Shown: positions 55,950 through 64,000 of the stretch, piece by piece
How the letters are laid out: every line of letters starts with the position of its first letter
Numbering within the stretch: the stretch's first letter is position 1
Origin: Microbotryum violaceum
Lineage: Eukaryota
Reading direction: 5' to 3'
DNA: 64,000 nt
Assembly: GCA_001244265.2 (NCBI GenBank)
Contig: LN717261.1
Location: 1,689,591-1,753,590 of the forward strand
Program-made: the position numbers and the translations under genes
The notes under the pieces: model-generated
Told to the model about the DNA's origin: nothing
What the model saw: the letters and a program-made list of their open reading frames with translations, nothing else
Database searches by the model: none

Positions 55950-58087
55950 TCGTTAGTGCGGGTATAGGAATGTCGTTTTGGTTATACGCTCGATACTCAC
56001 GGGAGATTTTTCCTCTTCGCTTTCATTGTCGCTGGTGGTGAGGGCATCGAGGCGGTGACCTGCCTCGTGCAGGTCACCGTCGCTGCTGTGGGTGGACGCG
56101 TGGAGCGAGTCGTCGTCCTCGGCGACAGCGTCCACTCCACTCGACTGTGCCCATCAACGAGTCGGGCAGCACGTCAGCCAAGACATAAATCGGGATTTAG
56201 CGCAAAGCGTCAGGGTTCTGGCCCGTAGTTTGATCGACGGACCTTCTCAGGCTTCTCAAGCTTGAGAAGCTTGACGGGCTCGACGGGCTTGACAGGCTTT
56301 GCATCAGAGGCCGTCGCGGCGGCGGCTTTGCTGGGCTTGGCCTTGTTCGAGGGGGCTCGCTGGTGAGCCCCCGCAGGGACTTTCTTCTTGCCGGCCGAGA
56401 GGTCGGGTTTTGTGTCGACAAGGTTGTTGGTGATATCGCTTAGAGCGATAGCCGTGCGAGGAGTGCGGGAGGCGGAGAACATCGGGGGTGCACCGCCTTC
56501 ATCGCGCCGGACCGATGACGCTATTCGCGTGCGCTGGAGGGGAGGACGACGTGTCAAGTCCGATCCGGTCAGTTCGAGCACTTCTTGCGGAAGGGGGGTG
56601 GCTTCTGGGAGCAAACGAAGCGTGCTGAGACCAGGTGACTGAGACCAGGTGAGATGGGCTTACCATAGGGTTGGAAGAAGCACTGCGATGTCGCTGTGTG
56701 GCGGTGGGTGGGAGGTCGCGAAGCTGCGGGGTCGCAGCAAACCGCGAGGCGCCCGCGCGGGCTTGGCTGGCGGACGACCCATCTCGCTGGGCAGCGGCTC
56801 GCCCTCGACTGGCCCATCATTCGCCACTCCAGTGGGTGACGTAACCTTGTTTGCAGTTTTGTCAACAGACGATGTGTCCGTCAAGTTTCGTGGTCAACTG
56901 GGGAAGTCACCGAGAAGCCTCTGGAACTGCCGGGCTCGGGATATTTTAGGCCGCCCTGGATCGAAGGGCGCCGTGTAGGCCAGGAGCTCGTTCTCGACAA
57001 TGTTGATAACCGCAGGACCACAGGATGAGGAGTCGAGTTGCTGTGGGGTCGAAGGCATGATCGGCTTGTTGGCGTCGAGCTTCAGGCCGAGCAATCGGAA
57101 GAGGTCGCCGAGCGCCGCCAAAACCCTTTCGTCGAGCGTTCGCGAGGCCATCGAATTATAGAGTTCCCATTTGTTGTTGGCGATGTCCAAGCGAGCGAGG
57201 AACCAGTGGGAACCATCACAGATCGGAAGAAACCAGATTGCCTCGGGATGCTTGATGATGTGTCGACGGATTGCCCCGAGGGTCGCGCACGGCCATCCCG
57301 AGATCCGCACCAGCCAAGCCTCGAAGCAATACTTGTCCAGGGTCGTTCCCGTAGCGGATGGATGGATTGCAATTGTCAAACAATCCGACGGAATGAGTTC
57401 GTATCGTCTCGAAGGCAGCTCTGGGTTTGAGCGGGCAAGCTGGATGATGTCCGCGATGGCGTAGTTGACGACAAATTCCCCAACCAGTCGTCACCTGACG
57501 CGACCAACGGCAGGCAGGGGTAGGAGGGCCACTTGGATCAGTCACGGAGTAACTCTACTAGAAGTTGGGGGTAATACCAATTGAGACGTACTGAGGAAGC
57601 TCACAAGTGACTCGCGCGACGGGCCTTCTTCCGGGGCGTTGCGGGCGTCCCAGACCGCCGTCCAAAGGGCGTCGGTCAGTACCTCCCTCGCATTCCCTTT
57701 AAGCTTGTCCAACCAGGCCAAAGATCGACGGAAGCGTGCCTGGATGCGTTCCACGACGTCGAGCTCGGCCCACACTCGCTCGTAGTCGAGTGCGAGACGA
57801 TCGTCGCCAACGGCCAAGGAACGGTAGCCGTCAGCGATCGCGCCGTGGAGGAGGTTGAGCTGTCGGAACTCGCGCCTGCTGGAGACTGTGGGTCTAGGTG
57901 GAGGAGCCATTTTGCTGAGCATGACAAGGTCGTCCTTTGTGATAACGATTCGCAGCGAGGCGTCCGCTGCTGGCAGCTCGATCGCCAGCACTTCGGCAAC
58001 AGTCTTGTTGGCGGCGAGGCACCATGTCGAGCGAGCCGACTGGTCCTGCTCCGAATCGGACGAGGGATCGAAGAACAAATGCTCCAT
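55950..58087 (-). pseudogene. Ulp1/C48-family (SUMO-type) cysteine peptidase gene; catalytic domain 56894-57490
   Basis: DWLG-EFVVNY (1-nt slip in a G run), WFLPICDGSHWFL, ELYNSM, PQQLDSSSCGPAV give the His/Asn/Gln/Cys order of C48 peptidases. ATG 58087, TGA at 56894, low-complexity tail. Confidence 0.8.
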
Positions 58088-58264
58088 GGTAGAGTGGCGA
58101 TGCAACGGCGGAAGTGAGGGCAAGGGGCACACTGGACAAATGCGCTCGAACATGCGGGGTCCAGCGCGGCACACTCAAGTCGGCTCGGCTGGCAAGTCTC
58201 GACCCCAATGGGAGACCCACGGGCGGCGGACTGAGCGCGGCTGCGTTGCATTCAACTAGACTCA

Positions 58265-60101
58265 CCGCGTACATGGGATTCCAGCGCTTGGACTCCGTTG
58301 CGGCCAGATCGTCGAGGAACATTCGAAGCGGCGTGACAAGCAGCAATTTCCCGCGCGCCAGAGTGCGATCGATCAAAAAGAGAGGCAGGGGCGCTCGATG
58401 TCGACTGCGTCGGAGCTACGGATGTCTAGGGAATAGAGCGACCGCTGTGGTTACGAAGCAAGTCGCGCTACAGATGCGACCTGGCAGGAATACTCACTTA
58501 TCCGTGCCGGAGACCCCTTTGGCCCAATGTCGTGAACTGGTTGACCGAGCGCCGTGACAGGAACCAGGCACCAGCTCGCTGGATTGAAATGGGCCATGGC
58601 TTGATGCCGCGGCCGGCGGCCGGTACGACGTCGATTCGAGAACCCTGGGCGACGGTGGCCGAACAAACGATAGCGTGGACCTCGCCTTTAAAAGACACAA
58701 AACGTTCGACGAATCCGTATTGAGTACTCCCTTTCAGCGTAAAGATCTCATCGACAAAGTAGTCAACAAAGGAGTAGACTCCACGGACCCGGGTCATCGG
58801 GGCGGAGAAGCGAGGGGGAAGGTCACTGAGCCAGCGACGACTGTGGTGTGCCGAGTCGACGTGTGCGGGTTGAGGTAGTGCTCCATCGCTCGTGCGGTGG
58901 ACGGCCTTGCAAAGTGCTGGGCGGGTGGGTGTGCTCCGCGTATCTAGCGTCAGCGCGCCAGGTTGGACACGTTCGAGAGGCGACTCGAACTCACTGAAGC
59001 GATGTAGTCCCGAGGCGACACGACGTATACCGACCGGTCCTTGTCCTTTTTCATCTCGATGGCCCTGAACAGCGGGACCTCCTTTTCCAACTTGTCAAGA
59101 AAGGGTCTGACAGTGGACGCGGCCGGAAGCCCAGTGGTGCCGGTGGCCGCCGCAAAGTCGAGCAAGTCCTCCAGCTCTTGCACACCGACTCGACGTTTGA
59201 GAGACCGCACAAAGAGAACAATAATCATCATCTGCGTCAAGCCGTCGCTCAGCCCGGTGTCCCCGACAGCTCGTAGTAGTCAGAACGTACCAACGGGTCG
59301 GGAACGGATAAAAGGGATGGTCGGGAGGAGGCACCGTCGACGAGATGCGAGCACCTCGTCGATACCGTGGTGGAGACCAGGTCTCCACTGTGAGATACGA
59401 GTCGGATGTTGATCAATGCCGGTGCTCGAGAGGGATAAAGTCAGCGACTGCTCACCTCGACTCGGTTCGAAGGCATCGCCGGGAAGCTCGTCCGAACCGG
59501 GCTGGACGTTGGCGAGACCGGCGTCTCCGTCGAAGGGGTTGGAATTAACGACTTCGATCTCGCTGCATTCATGCTTATCGTCGGAGTCTTCTTCGGAGGC
59601 CGCGTAAGGTTCGGGATCGAACGACTGCGATGCGTTGGGCACTCAGCCCTCAGCACTCAGGAGGGATCAGCGCCACCCCAATTACGTCACGGGCGTACCG
59701 GTGTCTGATACGTATCCTGCTCCCACACACCCTGCTCGCACCCTAGCTCCGTACTGTCCACCCCTTGCTCGTCTGTTGAATCCAGGAAGGTATATTTGGC
59801 CAACGCGGGGGCGGAGACGGCCCCGCGTCCCTGGCCCACGCCGGATACGTTCGCTTGGTGTTTCCCTGAAGCGGCATGCTTGATTGCACCGCTTCTCCTC
59901 AGACGCCCAGAGCCACAGTATTTGCACACGAATCCGATGGCTGATCGAACGGAAGAAGTTTGGATGACGAAGTCTGCGTGGGTTTGGCCAAGCGCAGCCC
60001 GCCCGACACGAGTCAGCTGTGCTGCGGCCCCGCGTTTGCGTATGGTGGATCAAGGGTTCGTTCAGGCGCTGACCTTTCTCGAGGATGGCGCCTGGGTCCA
60101 T
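58265..60101 (-). pseudogene. N-terminal part of a fungal DNA transposase-like gene (zinc finger plus first catalytic motif; Plavaka/CACTA-related), truncated
   Basis: ATG 60101. C2H2 finger CKYCGSG..KHAASGKH; FYPFPT; LPAASTVR; DYFVDEIFTL..VERF; PLRMFLDDLAATESKRWNP, resembling the DDxSGNxSKxWN motif recalled from basidiomycete transposases. Confidence 0.55.
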
Positions 60102-61406
60102 GATTAAGGGCGCGCCGTCCGGAATGTGGGGCACTGAGGACGAACACGACGCACGGCGGAAAGGCGGAAGGGGAACCAGGTGTGGGCGTCTCGCCGAACT
60201 GAGCCGGGGCGAGGTGTTTGGCAGTGCCTGGAGGTGCCTGGCGGAGCGGAACTTTCGGCCAAGCGGCCATTCGTCGGAGTCAGCCTGTGACCATCTTCAC
60301 CGAGAGGCACCCAGGGGCCACGAATTTCGGCTCCGGACGTGCTGTGCATCCAAGATCTCTCATCGCCGAGAGTCCCCGACCACCTGGGACCAATGAGACT
60401 ATCGGGTGTACCGTTTCAGGATGATCTTGTATTTGGCGGCCGCCACAAGGAATCTATGCCGGGCCTATGTTGGTGACCGCAAAGGCTCTGCAGCGTATCC
60501 ACCTGGCTTCCATGAAATTCATTTCTATCAAACCTATACGGTTCGCCATAGCGTGACTATGAGATGTCCACCTCGAGGCCATACGGTATGCCCATACAGC
60601 GCAAATGCGGGAAGCTACATGGAACCTGCGCGAGATTCCAATGGGGCCCGTCTAAGTCCCAACCCCGGTGCAGATCGGCAGGTCCGTTAACCCAGCCAAA
60701 TGAGCTCCCCGCGCGGGCGAGTTAAGGTAGCTTTTCTGTTTTTTGGCCCGGTTATAGGTTGGTACAGGTCGGGTGCACCAATGCCCTCCCCACCCCATCC
60801 CACCCCGGCGCAGTGCACCTCAAATGGTCATAAGTAATAAGGGGCCACTAGTTCGTGTAAGACTCACCATCATCACGAATAACACTTTCCGAAGACTCCG
60901 TCGTAAGTTCGAATTATATCATAAATGTCATACAGCTTGTCGTACTCAGTCCATTCAATTCGTGTAGTTCCGTATACCATCAACTGATATGTGCACGACA
61001 GATCCTGTGTAGACCTTTTCTCATATTCGTCAATTTGGATACGACGGAGGGAGTACACACCGCGTGTATTGGGCCCGAGGGAGGGATCGGTCCTCGAGCA
61101 GACAAACGCTTATTCTGAACGGTGTGCACCTTTTTATATAAAATGGATATCTAGTGAAGCCCCTTCGGACGATTGACTTGGGTCCAGAGCCAATCAGTCC
61201 TGCATCAATTCCTAGAGAGTAATTGAAGAGGCAAAATTGAGGCGGGGATGTGCGGGCCGCACGCGGAGCTCAGATTGGCGAGCGCTCTGCGTTAACACTT
61301 TGACCTCTGCACACTCACGTCAACGCGACAACGCGCATTCTTGACCCACGCCACGCCCCGCATCTCAATATGTTGAAACCTCCCCGCGCCTGTTGAACAA
61401 ACATCG

Positions 61407-63517
61407 ATGCTATTGCCGTCTGGAGGTATGTGGACGCGTTTCCCCGCCTCACATCTCCCTCCTCATGGGCCTAATTGTGTTGCTCCACCATGACGCGACC
61501 GTCAGACATACGCGTGGGATCTAGGGAAGGTTCTCCAGCAGAGTCTATTTCCTTTGGCGCTCATCCAAGTGAGTGCTCTTGTCTGGTGTGCCAACTGAGA
61601 TCCCTTGTAGCAGGGCTGAGAGCAGAGTGCCAGTCATCAACCTCATCCTTCTATCTACTCAATCCTGACGGACAGCTGAAGAATTCTCAGTTCTCTCACA
61701 CCTCTTGCAGGTCGGAGGGACGATCAAAGCCGTCGAGCCTCCTCACAAGCCAGTACAATTCTGGCTGAACCGTCTCGGCGCCCGACTCGGAAGAGAAAGC
61801 GGCGCATGCCCGTGCCCCAAACCCCTTCGTCCGACTCCGACTCTGACGAGCCCAATTTGGGCGATTCCAGTCAATCCTCGGCTGACGACAGTGACAGTGA
61901 AAGTGACTGTCACAGTCACAGTGAGAGCGAGTTTGAAGATATCGCGATCGACCATCGAAGAGCTATCAGGCTCTGGACGGCCATACATGGCTCGCATCGG
62001 AACGCGACCGGTCGTACGAGTCAAAGAAAGTGGACCTCGCTGAAGCGCTGGGCCGCTCGAAGATATTACTCGGAGCTCAAGATGGCCGCGAAACTCGGCA
62101 TATCCCATGCAAGGCTCGTTCAGGCCGTCAAAAAGTTCGACAGGCTCGCTTCGAAGGGCAATGCGTGGTCCAGACTTCTCGGACCCTGTAATCAAGGTTT
62201 TACACTAGCGAGCAAGCAAGGGTGAGTGGTCCTCCGGGCGCTTCCGGTCATGCCCACTCCACTCTCCTACGCTCTCGCTTATGCTTACCGCTGCGTCTGC
62301 AATGTCTGTTCTTCATACCCTGGGTGTGTCAAACGTGCTCAGAATCGGATCAGTCGAAATCGCAATCCATCACCAAACTTGCCGCTCACCTCTGGAACTT
62401 CCTGAGAGACCAGGGGGACCTCGCATCTGCCCAACTTGGCGAGGACGATGAAGAGCTTGTTCGCGCGGCTTTTGCAGCGGCAGAGGCCGGAGGTAATACG
62501 ACTTTCACTTCGATAGTACCACCCACCATCATCACACGGTCGTCATCCGACATTCCTTCCCCAACTCGGATGGAGCAATGCAAAAAGTACATTGCAGAGT
62601 TGCGAGACCTGGCGCAACGCATGTCCAAGCTGTACGGAGTGGAAACCCTGGCCTTTATTGTCCCTCGTTATCAAGACGACGTGTCGCCAGCGACGAAGGC
62701 GACCGTGCATTCGATAGGTGGGCTCAGATTTGCAGCTCACTGCAACGACTTCAAGGATCCATCCGGCAATTCCTTGTTGTCTAATTTTGCTTCCAAGATG
62801 AGCTGGGATGAGACACCCAAGGCCAATGAAGCGGCAGATCTGAAAGAGGGTGAGCCTTTCATCGCAATTTATACGCGCATGAGACCAAGTTACCGTTACC
62901 AATTATGTGACATATGTTTTCGTCTCATCTATCAGCAAGAACTCGCTCGATGGACCATGCTACTCGTGGCGTTCTTGGCAAATGACACGGCACTCTGTTC
63001 CGCGCCCAACTCAGTAAGTAGTCTGCATCTGATCGGGCTCGACTCCGTGCTAATCATTTCCGTCTTTACAGACTCTGCCCTCGAGACTATACATCGCCGT
63101 TCCGACACGGGATCATCGACAGGCGCTTTCACACCTCAGAAGAAGATGATATGGTCTACCCAGGGCTTGAAGGCACTGGGTGTCAAATTGCGGATCAAGC
63201 CCGGAACGAAGAGTAGATACGAAATGGCTCTGCATCATAGTGCAGAGACATCGCCCAAGCGAACCGTTGCTCAGCTCAAGGCTATCATTGACGACCTCCG
63301 TCACGGCCGCCTCGCTATCGTACCCTCGGCGGACCCGAACGACAACACGGAGGCAGAGGCAAGCGACGATGACTTGAATGGCGGAGAAGGAACCCTGAGC
63401 CCAAGATTTGGTGGAGCCGGGGACGAAGGCGGAGAGGTACGCGGCGGAGAAAAAAGCGGAGAAGAAGATAGAGAAAAAAATAGCGGGGGGGGGGTGGCGG
63501 AGGAGACCGGAGGATGA
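61407..63517 (+). CDS. Spliced transposon-accessory gene with an HMG-box-like segment
   Basis: Exons in ORFs 61806..62225 and 62222..63517 join via GTGAGT..CAG. NAWSRLL...SITKLAAHLWNFL resembles a degenerate HMG box; YGVETLAF..SIGGLRFA; acidic tail. Start uncertain. Confidence 0.5.
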
Positions 63518-64000
63518 ATGAAGCAAAACATCGTCGATGGATTGAGACCGTTCTTATGTCTTTCTTTGGGCATACTATGATCTGAGTCGGTCTGCAAGAT
63601 GACCGATATTTGTTATGTCTCTGTGGTTTGTGACGCGTCTTTCAGTGTAGATCCTTGAGTTTAGTTTCAGATGATTGTCATGCACGCATACAGCGTCTCA
63701 GCTGCCATCTTGATTGTGGCAATTAATCTTAACAGTAAATCAATACCATCAGAACGCTCATTCTGTCAGGCTCCGCCAAGATCACTGGGCATACTCGAAA
63801 CCCCCCCCCAGCGGACCGTTTCCTACGTCAAGGCCCGGGGGCCCCTGTGTGCTCCGGGCGCCGGCATCCCGTTCATCTACGGCCCCCCTTCCAGAGATTA
63901 CGCTGGAGTCTTTCTTCACAACCAATCGTTCCGCACCTTTGTCCTACAAGGACTCGGGGCGCACCGCATGGGCCGCAGCACAACGGTGTGGCGCTCGCAT

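Overview
Eukaryotic, intron-containing fungal DNA, most likely a basidiomycete of the Pucciniomycotina (Microbotryum-like). That assignment is inference from the TE families, GTGAGT/GTAAGT introns and a CpG/TCG transition bias between LTR pairs. The window is mostly nested, decayed transposons around one clearly conserved host gene, PAN3 (17386-20307, +). From left to right: (1) a transposase tail with a BAH-like domain, a Ngaro/DIRS remnant and a 3'-truncated L1/Tx1-type LINE; (2) a Kyakuja-type KDZ transposon with an accessory gene, then PAN3; (3) long inverted repeats enclosing a CATCAG-TIR element with a 2-bp TSD, plus a MITE of the same family; (4) a self-priming chromoviral Ty3/Gypsy whose 5' LTR is split by a Helitron, whose integrase is split by a full-length Ty1/Copia and whose 3' LTR holds a solo LTR; (5) a pile of Copia, Gypsy, LINE and Helitron fragments; (6) a Ngaro tyrosine-recombinase retrotransposon with B1-A2-B2 split repeats, followed by a hairpin-rich region containing a non-canonical tRNA-like fold; (7) a cluster of F-box/LRR, Ulp1-type protease, transposase N-terminus and HMG-like genes. 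The best leads are the tRNA-like multi-hairpin module at 52.0-52.6 kb, the terminal hairpin conserved between two divergent Ngaro families, and DNA transposons apparently carrying SUMO/ubiquitin/chromatin cargo, including an accessory gene family present twice. All domain calls are by eye from motifs; no database searches were run.
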